Positions 1 to 14,816 of a stretch of DNA of 64,000 nucleotides are shown one piece after another (position 1 is the stretch's first letter; every line of letters starts with the position of its first letter). The notes below the pieces were generated by a model that saw nothing but the letters and a program-made list of their open reading frames with translations, was not told where the DNA came from and searched no databases. The stretch comes from Chrysomallon squamiferum (lineage: Eukaryota; Animalia; Mollusca), in the NCBI GenBank assembly GCA_012295275.1, contig CM022672.1, positions 11,470,001-11,534,000 on the forward strand. Reading direction: 5' to 3'. The position numbers and the translations under genes were made by a program.

Positions 1-2614
1 CACAAACACATTGAGAAAAAAACAGTTTACAAATATACAATTTTGTTTTGTTTTGTGTGGGTAATGGTTTTTGAAGTCACTGTGTGACTACATATTTTGA
101 TCCGTGAAATATTCTTGCTTCTTGTGTTCACGATTTATATCCATTTGTTGAGTTTTGTTATTTTTCACATGAAAATATTTTATGATCCCCAATACTTTTG
201 GTTAGCATACAAAGCACAAAGAAAACAATTATCTAATATATTTTTTAATGTTTTGGAGGTTTCACATTATCAGTTCATAAAATATTAAACTGAAATGACT
301 ACATTAATAAATTTAGGTTTTATTATGTCTTCTCTGAAAATCTCTGAAAAGCAAAAGCTTTTTGAGCATCTTAAACTTTTGGGATGATTTAGTGTATACT
401 CATTTGATTTGATATAAAACTAAACACAGACTTTGTGCATAAATTGTTTATGAAATATAAATGGATTTCATGTTTATAGCAGATCAGTCTTCCAAGACAC
501 ACAGTCAAATTATGACGAACCCCAAAAGTAATGGCAATAACAGAAAAAGACAAAAATATACTGCAGATTTAAATAATCCTAAAATACTTGCTTTTGTTTG
601 GTTCCTTTCACTTTGTCTTGGGATTAAGTGGGCCATTTTGAGTGATCCCTTTTACTAATTTATTAGTTTAGAAAATTCAGACCACTATCATTGCATTTTG
701 GATAGGAGATGCTGAGCTAATACCATAATAAATAAATAAATAAATAAAAAAAAAAAGATAACTCTAGAGTCAGTAATAAACTTTTGTAAATAATACATGT
801 AGAGGCTGTTTTAATCATTTTGCTTAATAAATCCAGCATCTTTGGCATATACATAGCTGTATTTGAATGTATTGTATTTCTAAATACTGTAAGAAAAACC
901 CGTTTCAGCAAAGTGAAAAAAAATTCTAGTAATCATGTTTTTATATTTTTTGAGTGAACATAACACAAGCAAAGTAATATTTGTTTATGTTGAAAAAAAC
1001 AAAACAAAAAAGCATATTTGCCATTTTTGTTATATGCATTTCTTCAGATATATGTGCATTAGAAACAGCATTATAAAGTCTTACATATAATATAATTCTA
1101 AGCAATAAAAAAATTATCTTTAACATTTAGCTGAATGATAAAAAAAAAAAAAAAAAAAAAAAAATCTGGTTTTTGCTTGTTAAGTTTTGTGTTATAAATG
1201 TGGTGACCAATACATTTTGTTCTTGATTGTGTAATAAATAAAATTATATTAACTTGCAGAGTTAGCAAGAAGTCATAAATATTTTAAAAAAAAGAAAAAA
1301 AAAGTAAACTGATGGACAGGAATTATTGTCATTTTCCGAACTGTGGAAATTGGGGGTTTTTTAGGTGTCATTTTTTTTATTGCAGTTTCTGTAATTTAGT
1401 CCAGATACATGAATTATGTGAATTAATTTTAATTAATATTCTATTTTCTGTTTATCATGATGTTATTATTTAAATCAACACAAAATAAAACATTATTTAG
1501 AATTATATATAAACACTTTACATTTATCAGTATTATTATATGGTCAGGTTACAATCCATTTACATGCTATTTAAGTTTTGTGCTGCAAATATATTGTGAG
1601 TGGATAATAGGTTACATATAGATTTTCTCTGGGTTATTTGGTTTTTTTTGTGTAAGTAAATAAAGAGATATTGCTACATGAATTAAATAAAAGTCAGTTT
1701 ATATTTATTAATAATTTCTTTTAATTAGTGATTGTTTCTGTTTTGTTTCTGAACAAACTTTTTTTTAACATTCAACATTAAAACAACACAAAATCACTAC
1801 TTTTTGCATTAAATGCATAATTAATTTATTATTCATTATAAAATTGATCTTAAGCATTTGATAAAAGTTTCTGTGGCATTTTTTCATTTTTTTAAATTTA
1901 ATTTTTAAAAGCTTTTTGGGGAGAGGTTTGTATTTTGGTTTATTAATGTTTGCTTTTAAAATGAAACATACACATTTTAAATTTAGCATACCTTTAAAAA
2001 CATTCTGGTTTGTTCTTGTGTAAATAATTACATTTTTTATTATTATTACTTTTTTTCCTTTTAACCCAATCCAAACTGAAAAAATCTTTAAAATATATTA
2101 CTGGTTATCATATTTCTGATTGCAAATGCTTTAAAGGCATACATGTTGATTAAAAAAAAAAAAAGGCATTTGTATTTATGATACATTGTATATTTCATAA
2201 TGGTTTGTCACCAGGGTATTTTATTTTATTTTTTATAACAGTAAAATACACATACTGAAAATATTTTAATGCTGTTCTTCATAACAAGGATATATTAAGA
2301 TATTTTTTTATATTTTATAGGACATTATTAACTGGTTGATATGATATATGAATATTATGTCATCTTAATAACAGACAAAAAGCACCAAAGCATTTTTTTT
2401 ATATTAATTAAGTCAAAAGAGTACTAAGATGATGGGAAGAAATAGCTAAAAAAAAAATCATACAACATTGCTCAAAAACTGATTCATTTCATTGTGGTAT
2501 CTAGTCTTTACTAATAATAGATTAACACAATAAGATAGCAAATCTGAAAAGGAAACAGTCATTCATGACAGTTTTATACATTAGTCTACAAGTTTATTAT
2601 TAGCATATAGTTTG

Positions 2615-2669
<55 letters not shown>

Positions 2670-5580
2670 GTTTTTAATATACAAAATCCATTTATTCCTG
2701 TTAACAGAAGTAGACACTGTGAATATATTGTTTTATAATTAGATCTCATTTGATACATCTGCTTCATATGAAAGGTTAGATTTTGTTAACTTTAATAATA
2801 AAATAAAATAAAAATGTTAAATTGTTTTTTTAACAATTTTGCAGAATTATTAAGCACCTGTTTTTAATAATAATTTACGTCACTAATTCATACCTGTTTT
2901 ATATGAAAAGAAAAACAAAATAACTTAATTACATTTTTATTAATAAAAATGTAATTTTTACACAGAACCCCCAAAATTATGTTCTTTATTCAGTTTATTT
3001 ACTGATTTTACTATTACCATTATTATCATCATCATCATCATCATCATCATTATTATGCTTTTTTATGTTACTTTTTTAACATTTATTTTTTTTATTTCAA
3101 GAATCAAAACCTGTTTATCAAGAAAATACTACTTGAATCAAAATAATTTGTCATTTTAGTTTCTCTATTTGTTAACATTAAGCATATTTAACTTAGTTTG
3201 TGAAAGCTGTACAGAGTTGATATATATATTTAAAAATACTGATTTGATGTATAATGGTCCTCAGTGAAACATATTGATGATGTATCAAAAATAGTATTAA
3301 AGTATCCATTATTTGTTATTACAAAGCAATATTTGAAACTTGTTATGCCCATAATAACCTACCATTTAATTTCATTTTTGAGTCATAAATATTTGTTTTA
3401 ATTTTTACTTTTTTAAATAATTCTCCTTTTTTTAAAATTAATTTTTCATTTTTATTACTTTATTATTTAAGATGGTGCATTATTAATAGAAGAAACAAAA
3501 TATGGTGTAATTGTAGTTTACACAAGTCAAAACATTCTTTGAGAAATACAGTAATATCTCCTTAATTTTTCAAGCCATATGTGTTCATATAGTATATATT
3601 GATAAAAATAATGCATCAGAAACTTTGAACATACATGCACATGAATAGACACACTTGAAAAGACACACACAAACATTAGTACATTACTTGCAAGTATGCA
3701 GAATATATTTAGACCATTTCTTCTTATTGCCAAAGTTAAACTTTAAACTCAGAAATCTCCCATAATAAAAAACATTACCGATACTATTTGGCTCATTTTG
3801 CTTATTTTGTATTGCTTATATAGGCATATCACATTTCAAAGGCAGCCTTTGATAGATATATAGAAATATGTGTACCAAGAATACAAACACATATTCTATA
3901 ATATACTTTTTTCTTTTGTTGCTTTGACTCTCTGCTTCTGTATTTTTATTTTTGTTACATATGCAAAATGTGTTTCTGTGCAGTGGTAAAGCAGATTTTC
4001 AGTTTGTTATTGATGGTTTTTTGTTTTAAAAAAGAGATAAATATATATGTAACCACAGCATTTTGTGATAGCTATTTTATTAAAGTATATTATATATATA
4101 GCTGAGTTATATGGTCATTTGTAAATAATTTTACTTGTGGCCGGTGAAAATGAAACCAAATCTTGCTTAGCCAACAGTTGAGTGGTCAGTTGTTGCTTGT
4201 AATATTTCAGGATGTTTGTAAATTCTACTTGGGAGTCAATAAATAAATCTAAATTTTGACACTGTCTGCATTGTTTTTAAATAACATTAGAAATCACACA
4301 ATATTACTGAAATATCAGAGAATCATTTTAAAATAATTTAACATGTACCTGTGGAATATTGGCTTGAATATATTGTTGATACTTCACAACACTGCTGCTT
4401 TGTGCCAATCTCTGCTAATGAAATAGTAATAATAAAAATTTGCCACTCAGTTTCATCAAAGCTGCTATTTTGTCTGAAACTCACTAATTTTTATTTGGAG
4501 CTGTAAATTAAAAAAAATATTAATAAACTCTTGCTAATTAAATTCTTGTACTGTGTATCATACTTTCTAAAGGTTTTAATTATAAATAAGTAACTAGAAA
4601 ACCATCCTTTTCTCTCGTTTCACAATGAAAATATCTGTCGGGTAACTAAAAATGGCTTAAACTTGTCTGTATTTCCATCTCACTGTGACATTTGTATTTC
4701 ATAATTTCACAAAATGTACCATAGTGTCCCTTTGCATTGTACCACATAATAAAAAATTAAATAAAAATAATGAGAAAGGAAATTGGGCAACTCTTCATTC
4801 ATATATCTTTTTTCATTAGCAGCAAAAGAAATACTTTATATTCACCATCCCACACACCCGTAGACCGCCCCCAAATAAAAAAATCAGGTCTGAAAACAAA
4901 CAAAAAGAATTACTACAAATCAAATTATTTTATTTCTTGAGAGCTTAAGAAATAAATAAATAAAAGAGAAATACTGCACATACTGCAGCAAATCATTAAA
5001 ATGCATCCACTTAAATGCATATAAACAAAACACATAAATATTTATTCTGAAATATTTTTAAAAATTAAGTGCAAGTATGGCTCATCCATACAAAAATGAA
5101 AAATGTGCTTCAAACAGTTTAAAACAGTACATGCTTTTCAAGCTAAATAATAATAAGATGAAAGTGCAACATATTCATTTTAATTTTTACTTGGCAATAG
5201 GTCATCTGGTAAGATGTGTCATCAATACATTCTGAGTAACATACTGGTTATTATATGTCTCTTTAGGTATAAATGAAGATAGAAACACCACTATGTGTGC
5301 ACACACACACTCACACACACACACACACACTAGATGGTGTCTTTCCATAAATGACAAAACAAATGGTTAATATAAAACTCAGTTTTCTTAACCCTGAAGC
5401 CTGCATTAACTAATATTCTCAAGCACATGTTAACAATAGTTTATTTTATTTTATTTTTTTTACAAAAGACTGCATGATCCATATTCTAATCACTTAAGTT
5501 AAAATTATGTGCATATTATGAATCCATGATTACCAAAAAAAAAAAAATTTAAAACATAATATTCAGTACAATCATTTCAC

Positions 5581-5981
5581 ATGATAAAAATGAATTTAGA
5601 AATGAATAAAAAGAAAGAAAAAGAACATTGTCATTAAGTTTAAAAAAAAAAAAAAAATAAAAATTAAAATTATATAACTGAATAAATGATTAATGAAATA
5701 AATAAAAAAAAATATTAAAAATTAGATAGCACACATCTGACATGAAGACAAAAATGAGATTATATTTATAAATGTTTGTTTATTGAAAATAAGTTTCCAG
5801 TTCTGATCAGAATTTAAATAAAAAGAATCAAAATTTAAATCTATTTAAATTGTTTTGCACAACCAATTATATAAAAATTACATTCATGTATAATTGGACA
5901 ATTTGGAACTGGTTAATGTTTAAAAGATTTGATTACATAATGTACTGACTCTTACAAGTTGTTAATAATAGTTATACTAGT

Positions 5982-6028
<47 letters not shown>

Positions 6029-6570
6029 GTGACAAATAATTAAAATAAACACAAATTTTAAATCTACAGAAATATATAAGTATATTTTTGGAACTTTTTA
6101 AGAACAAATAATTAAAATAATATGCTACATGTTACAACTGGTAAAGCAGCAAGATTTCAAACATGATAAATTATCATTATATTTTCTTTTTTTTGGATAA
6201 GCTAAATGCTATAACAATCTTCTTTTTTTATTGAAAATCTATCAAATATAATTCTTAGTGATATTTTGTAAGCAGGTATTTGACTCCAGGTACCAAATGT
6301 GTATTAACATTTTTACTACAAATGATGATAATGAATTTAAAAATGAATAATAGAAAGAAAAAGAACACTGTCATTAAGTTAAAAAAAAAAAAAAAAAAAT
6401 TAAAAAAAAAAATAAATACATTAATTAATAAATCATTAATGAAATACAAAAAAAAAAAAAAAAAAAAAAAAAAAAGTGAGATAGGACACATTTCACATGA
6501 AAACAAAAATGAGATTATATTTATAAATGTGTTGTTTACTGAAAATAGGTTTCCTGTTCCAATAAGAATT
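5581..6570. repeat. Local imperfect direct duplication (about 230 bp)
   Basis: 5581-5815 matches 6324-6570 (ATGATA..ATGAATTTA.AAATGAATAA.AGAAAGAAAAAGAACA.TGTCATTAAGTT...ACAAAAATGAGATTATATTTATAAATGT). Confidence 0.8.
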
Positions 6571-9500
6571 TTTTTTAAAATAAGCTGCACACAACACACA
6601 ACTCATCACACAAAACATAAAATAAAGACAAGCACCAAAAAAATCCTGATGTTTATATATACAATGGAGGATATAAAGTTTGTGCTTTAGGTAAATACAT
6701 TATTCTTCAACACTAATATAAAAATAAAAATAATAATAATAATAAAATTTAAAACAAAATAAATTATAATTTAAAAAAATTAAAAATAAAATAAGAAAAG
6801 AAAATAAACAAATGAAAATATAAATAAATAAATAAATGAATTTTTTATATATTTTTTTTTTTTTTATATAATGAGTTATTATCTGAATTCTAGGCTTTAT
6901 AATTATGTCATAAAAAAATACATTTAGTCAAATTTGTTTTAAATTCCAATTTATTTGTTTTAAATTCCAATTTAGTTTTTTAGTAATAAATTTTTGGATA
7001 TTATTATAGAAGTTACAATTAAGTCAAACATGATGATACATTTGATAATAAGCCTTTTCAGATTATAAATCAAGTTATAAATTAAGTTTTTTTTTAAAAT
7101 AATAAATCACTGCATACTAATTATTATTACAGTAAACATGATGATAAATCTGATAAAAATTTAGTTTTATAAATAATCAATTTCTGGATATTAATTATTA
7201 TTATCAAGCATGATAGCATAAATTGCAAAACAAATTTCAAATTCCCCAATTTTGTTTTATCAATAACTAATCTCTGGATTTATTATTTCTATGATAGACA
7301 GGAAGATTAATATATTTTCAATCAAAAACATTTCAAAATAATTACTGTAGTATTTGATAAAACATTTCACACATGATCACAAATTAATATAACAAAAACA
7401 ACAAAATTGACAATAATATATTTAAACTGAATCACTTGTAAATCTGTGATAACAACTTGTCAAATACTGCACAACTGTAAAATATAATTGTAATATTTGA
7501 ATAACAGTTTTATATACAGTCTGAAATATAATAGATTAGCATAGTTAAACACCACAAATAAGCATAGTTTGACTAGTTAAACACCACTAATTAGCATAGT
7601 TTTATAACTAGTTAACTGCGCTGTAACTAGCTTATCACACATTTTGTATTCAGTCTAAAATATCTGAATCAAGATACAAGCTGGATCTCTGTGGAAATCA
7701 CAACACAAATCTAGGGCAATTACAAAGCATGTTAAATTAAGTGTCATTCAAGTATTTTCAACTTTATGTTACATAATTTATGCTTTTCACATCTGCAATG
7801 TCTATAGCATTATTGCAATTGCTGTTGCATAGGATTAACCTAAGAATCCTATGATAAAAATGTTCAAATGCTTCCAGTTAAATAATAAGCACTTTGAATG
7901 AAAAGACATTCTTACTGATAAATTTAAAATTGGAAAACAAAATGACCTAAACGGCTAAAGGTTTTGAAACAAAAAAGCTAATGCAAAATTAAAAAAACTG
8001 TTTACCATACAAACATGCAAACACATTATTCCAGTAAAACAGAAATCCTTCATTACTGATTTTTATTAAACTCTTGTTAAAATCAAGCAGATTCTTGCTG
8101 AAAATCTAACCTGCAGGCAAAAAACATTAACTAAGCTGTAGGTACCAGCAAAGGTGTTAAAAGATCAGATTTTGCCTGTTTTCCACAAGTCCCAAATCCC
8201 TTATGTAAAATCTACCATGAAAAACAAATATATAGAAATGAAGATGGTTATATGTTCTTTTAAATGGTGATGTTGTTTTTATTGTATTTTACATCAGTCC
8301 TTTGTATGAGAGTGTTAAATGTAGTGGGGGTACTTACAGTGTGCCTTCTTTAGCATAGAACAGCTCTGCATTTGAAAGTAGCACATGCTTAGCAAAATCG
8401 CCATTAAGTTATGTTATCTACAGAGTGAAAACGCCATAGATTTTATGTACAACCAGAAAGGTTAAAATGATATTTATATGTTGTTATATTTTTAGTAACT
8501 TGTTGGCTATATGTTTTTCTTCAGATTCAATGTTCCTACTTTTAGTGTATACATTATAGTACGTGTGTATCGAAATCGCCGGAAATTGTTTCCTTCTGGG
8601 CCAAATCACTGTAGATTTTATGTGCAACTAAAAAGAACTGGCACTATTTAAAATGATTACATTCTTAATAACTTGTAGCATGTTTTATTATATGTTATGA
8701 CTTTTACTGTATAATATGAATATGTTCTGAAATAAACAAATTAACAGTTGATTGTTTTAATTTCAGAACTCTTGCAATAAATGGCAAATTAAGAATCGGA
8801 AACATAACAAACTATACTACACAACAGAACAATAAATAAATAAAGTAAATAAAGCTGTGCTGTTCTACATAAAGGTATTTATTTGACCCATGTCAGTTAG
8901 GGTTCTTTGTTGACTTTTTTTTTAAATGGCCCCCCTGTTGTCATTTAACTTTCTTAAAATGCACTATGACTCTGAAATAAAATGCGTCTGAAGTTCAAAC
9001 AAATGTTAAGCTATAAATAAAAAATTAATAATAATAAAAAAAAGAATCAGTTTAAGAAAAAGATAATAATTCTTTCAATCACAGCAGCAATGGCAGATCA
9101 GTTGCTCGTTAAACTATAAACAACAACAAAAAAATGTTAAATTCTAATTAATTCCTACTGAAACTACCCCAACTTGTTTTCTCAAAGTTTTGGGGCTTAC
9201 AGTGCCAGAAAATACATGGCTGCTGTGGACCAAACAGTGCACTGACTCACATTTTTACTTCAAATTGAAAAGTTAATTTTTTTTATGGGCTTGGCAAGAA
9301 AAGAAAAAAAAAAGATACTTTTTTTAAATTAGAAATGTTAGACTGAAGTATGTCATTTAAAGAACCTTGACAAATTGTTTGTAACACTGGCTGAGTTTTT
9401 CAAATAAACTGAAAGCACAGTGTCTGTTTGCACTTTCAGTCATTCTGCCACATGTCATTCTGAAGATTTTGGCATGTTATTGTGACACACATACAAATAG

Positions 9501-10006
9501 AGATCTGAAAAATTTGAGCTCATTTAACCAGTTGGACCTAGCACTTTGTTGATTTTAAGTCTTTTGTATCAATTATTTTTCGAACTACAGTTGGCCAAAG
9601 TTGTCCTTTCTGCTAATCTGCCAAAATATGGTTGAAAACAGAACAAATACCTGTTGTATCAATTTGCATTTATCTCTGGAACTGCTGGAGATAGAATATT
9701 AATTTTTTGTGTTTTGTTTCTTTTTGCTACAGCTTTCATTTCTTGCATGTTATATGAAATTAAAGTAAGAAAAAATCTGCCTGCCGGTACCTACTTACTA
9801 AGAGAAGTAATAAATGTTGATGAATCTCTGCTCTTTGCTGATGTACCAGCCACCAGACTTCATTTTTTTTTTTTTCTTTTCTTCTTTTCCAGCTGTCACT
9901 TTCCAAGCTACCATCTTGTTTTGTGGTTGTGTGTTGAGTCTCACTAATGGACTACAGTTCTTTCTAAGTCATATTTAGTGCAGTGAATAACAGATGGGAC
10001 CAGTGA

Positions 10007-13000
10007 TCAATGAGGTCTGCCCACAAACGAATCAGAATTGTGTCGAGATCTTTTTGAAGCACTTACTGGCCTCATGAGCTCCTGGATATGTTGCACAATA
10101 AGGTCTATAGCAACTGGAAAAAATATTTAAAAAAATTAAATTACAAATATCTGAGAATAATACAAACTAAATCAGGAAATGGTTTACTTTAACAATGCAC
10201 AGAAAAGATTTTAAATCTACATTTAACAGCAACAGCAAAGAATCTTTTGTACACACATTTGTGTAGATAATAAAGCATGTAATAATGTTAAATCAATTTA
10301 CTGAAACAAAGTAATAGTTCTATAGGACTGATCCCAAAACTTTTCATGTCCTTGATCTAAAGCTTAGCATTGTTGTTTTAAGTTCTATTTAATAAGTAAG
10401 TAAGTATGTAAGTAAATAAGTAGGTAAGTAAGTAAGCAGGCAGCTCTACTATTCCATATGTAAACTAAAATGTGTCACTGCTGTCACAAATAAATAAATT
10501 AATAAATTAATAAATCAAGTAGAATATGTATTGTAACACTACCACACACATGTATTTTCTGCAAGACATTAAAAAAAATGTTTTTAACCCCAAGCTGTAA
10601 CAAATAAATGAGTAGTAAAAAATTTTTTTTTTTTTTTTTTAAATCACTCTACACATCCTATCTGTTACATACTTGTTACATTGTTTTATTTATATAACAT
10701 TATGAGTTAAGAAGGATGCATTACCACCAAAGAGATTCTTCACATGATTAACAGACAGAGATCTTATATACACATCAGCACACAGGCCAGTGAGATATCA
10801 ATTATTCTGATTTTAATAAACCTGTCGGCACTGAGAGCAGGGTTTGAGCCTGTGGCATAGCATGTCCCTGACTTAAGCTTTAACCATTTAGCTGAGATGA
10901 ACAAACTCACCTGTGTTGTCTGCTCCTCTAGGAATTATCACATCTGCGTATTTCTTTGTCTACAAGTAAAAGACATATAACGTCAAAATAATTTATTATG
11001 ATAAAAGATCTGGAAAACAGCACATCTTTTTAATTTTTTTATTTAAATTCATTTGCTGAGTAATTTGAAAAAGAAAATACAAGTGGTATACTGGTTAAAA
11101 AAAAAAAAAAAGGTTAAGAGAAAAAACAATTCTTTAAATTTAATACCAAAGTATGACTTAATCAAATCATGACATAGATAAATAATTTGGATTACTTTTA
11201 TGCTTACTGAATAAAAAAACCCAGAAAGTTTAAAGCACACAATCTAAGTAACAACAAATTAAAACTTGACATTACTAATGTTTTGCAAAAGATTCACTCA
11301 GTCTATATTTACTGGAAGACAAAGAAAATGCAGATTTAAAGAAAAAAAAAACACAAAAAAAAACAACAACATTGTGACATGATTCAATTTTAATCCACGT
11401 CATAATTTTACATTTTATATAATATGATATTTTAAAAGAATTTTACATTATACACTGATGATTACTTACTGGCAGACAAAACTCTTCAAAAGCTGGTTTA
11501 ACCAAAGTTGTGTACTGATGAATTATGTTTTCCAATGTACGTCCTCTTTCCTGGATATCTCTCAACACTGAAACATGATGTGTAGTTAGACAGACAGGCA
11601 CATGATACTTAAACAAACAGACAGACAGATATATAGACATACAGACAAATAAATACAAATTGACAGATAGATAAATACACAGACAGACATACACAGCATG
11701 AAAGATAGACACAGACAGTCAAAGATAATAATAGACAAACATATACACATAATTATACACATAATTACACACACACACATTAAATTTATACTCAACCAGT
11801 GTAACAAGTGAACAGAATGAGTGAAAAATTAACTGTAAGGTTGTCTTAAATGATGTGTAACTACTGAAATGGCCGTAACTAGACTCTTTTTGAAATGAGG
11901 CAAAAACACTTAATCGCCAAGAGTAGGGTAAAAAAATTGCCTAATTTGCCTCAATGTAGTTCCGGTCATGACTGACCATTATCAAGGATTGATCCAGCCT
12001 GCTGCTGCACCTCAATCAACTATATAAAAGTTGTTGATTTAAAGTGTAGCTTTGATGTCATTAAGATAAATATTTACATAATTTACAATATTTACATATT
12101 TAAGTAAAAAAACAAATCACTTCAAAGTGTACAAAAATAGACAATAATATCTGGTAAGTGAGTGATTTTAGATACGTTGTACAACCTACCCAAGGTAATT
12201 TGTAAAAGAAAATACTCATCAGTTATCTGTACAAGTTTTCAAATAACATTTACCTCTTCTTGAAAGCCTAGTGTCAGGGTCTGTATCAACAAATAACTTC
12301 ATGTGGAACATGTCTCGCAGTTCCTTAGGATAAAAGACTAGAATTCCTTCAAACAGAATAACATCAGCAGGGTATATTCTGTGACCCGAGTCCTCCCTGC
12401 AAAATGTAATTATCTCAGTTATTTATTAAAACAGTTACAATAATCAGTGAGCAAAGAATTAAACTCTCTTGAGTAGGCACACTATGTTCAAGGTGGCTTC
12501 TCAACAACTGAAATACAGATATTTTATGAAAACATTCAAAAAATAAAGAAATTCTTTTTATTATTTTTTAATTTGTATATAAATTTGTTTTGGGGTTTTT
12601 TTGGTGCTTTTGTTAAATAACAGGAGGTTCATTTTGACATTCTGTTCCTTGATAGATGTATCACAGCATGCATATAAAATCTTTCATCTAAACTTTAACA
12701 CTGTACATGCAATAATTTTACATCCCCTTTAAAATATAACTATAATATATTGTAATTATGATTCTTATGACTAGGAGGTCAATTTTGGATTTTTTTAATT
12801 TTTACAACCAGAAAAATATATATAAAACAAAACTTGCAATTCATAACCATCACAGAAAGTTGAGAGACAAGAGACTGATAAATAATATTTTGACAGAGCA
12901 TTAAACAATATATTTTGTATTTCACCAATGTCCTTAGAAAAATGTCAAGAAGAAACAATGACATATCCACATGTCCAACAAGTACCAACTCACAACATAA

Positions 13001-14763
13001 AAAATTTAAATGAGAAATACATAACTGTGGAATAAAGCCAAAATTTACTTATTTCCTCTGTAAAAAATGTTTTGAACCAACAGATTATGGGCCAATAGAA
13101 TTCGTAGATAGGTTTTGTCACAAATCAGTTAACAACTTTTCCCCAAATCTTTCTTTCTTAAGGACATTAACTAATACAAATATATCAGATTAGTACCTTC
13201 CCTCAAAGTGTTATGAATTTCAGTAATCTTCTACATTTTGTGTAATAATGTTTACAAAATATTTACGATCCAGTATGAAGGAAGAAAAGTTAAAAAATAC
13301 TCTTAGGAGAAAATACTGGACATTTTAACCTTTTTATATGACCCTCAATTTGATCTTGTGGAATCCATGATCTGAAATTAAAAAAATACGATTTCAAAAC
13401 TACCTTGAAGGTAACATACCATCGAGTTAATAAGTAACATTTCCAGTGGAAATCTATGGCCACCAATTTTTCAACAAACCTTCAATCTCTAATCAATATT
13501 TTTTGTATCTGATACATAATTCTGTTACCTCATATATTTAAGCAGAGATATAGATAGGAGAAATACAACTAACTGTGTAAAATAATCAGTAACAGACCAA
13601 TGCATGGAACTTCCAAGTGTGCTGTGATTTGACAGGCCTGTAGATAAATAACTTATTACCGTCTGTTAGTGACGTAGTTGTATGATGGTACATCAACAGT
13701 CTTATTGTTAGCAATGGCCTTCAATGTCTTCATTGTCAGATCAAAGTCAAAAGCATCTGCAAGTTAAAATGTAATGAATGTGTGAAAACAAATGTATGAA
13801 TATACAAATAGGTTCACACATACACACATATATATGCACACATATACAACAAAGTCTAACGTAGACATACACACAGCGTGGAAAACTGTAATAAACCTTG
13901 GGTTACGAACTTAATTTGTTCCAGAACTCTGCTCGTGAACCAAAGCGATGTCAGACACACGAACACCACACTCATGTTTTGCAGTTATTTCTTTCTTAAC
14001 CTTTACTGTTTTATGTTTATACATTCCACCAACACTTTAAAAAAAGCGAGCGCACAATCTCAGTGCAAAAGCTACTGAACTGCAACTGCTTATCGAAGAC
14101 TAAAGGCCCTAATTAATGATATATATTTGCTATAGGGCCTGCCTATAATCCTTACTTTGATCTTGGTTTTGACATAACCATTTATTCTTATCTTTACTAG
14201 ATGTTGACATTATAACTGACATCAAAAAAAGCTTATCATGACGTGTCACTGTAGTTCATAACTTGAGACATTATTCATAAACAAAGATAAAAATCACGGT
14301 TCATAATCCAATTGTTCGTGCTTCAAGGAATTCATAACCCACGGTTCCACTGTTTAACATTAGCTTACTGTTTTATACACCCAGTTTATAAAATGCTTAT
14401 ATAGCGTAACACTGCTAATCCCACTGTGACTTAATAAGAACATCAAAGAAAATATGTTTCAACAAATATACACTGAACACTTACCTGGATGGTCAAAATT
14501 AAATTCTCCCTTTTCTGCTTTTTTGGCTTCTTCCTCTGTCAAATTCTTATAAAATGAATCCTGGCTAATTATGGACACTTGTCTCTGTCTGTGATCTATA
14601 TCTGCTTGTCCTAGCTGCTCCATGATTTTAGCACATACTGATGACTTAAATTTAAAATATACAAATCACATTATGTAATTAAGAAATGAATATATTATAT
14701 AGTGATTTTAAATGTAATTGACTCATTGTATACATGATAATTTCTATCTTTCTAAGTTCTATT

Positions 14764-14816
<53 letters not shown>

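Noticed and set aside
97-9947. Short ORFs in the first 10 kb, including the 136-aa and 114-aa ORFs at 6255-6690
   Set aside because: Low-complexity poly-K/poly-F translations of A/T tracts with no exon-like composition or motifs.
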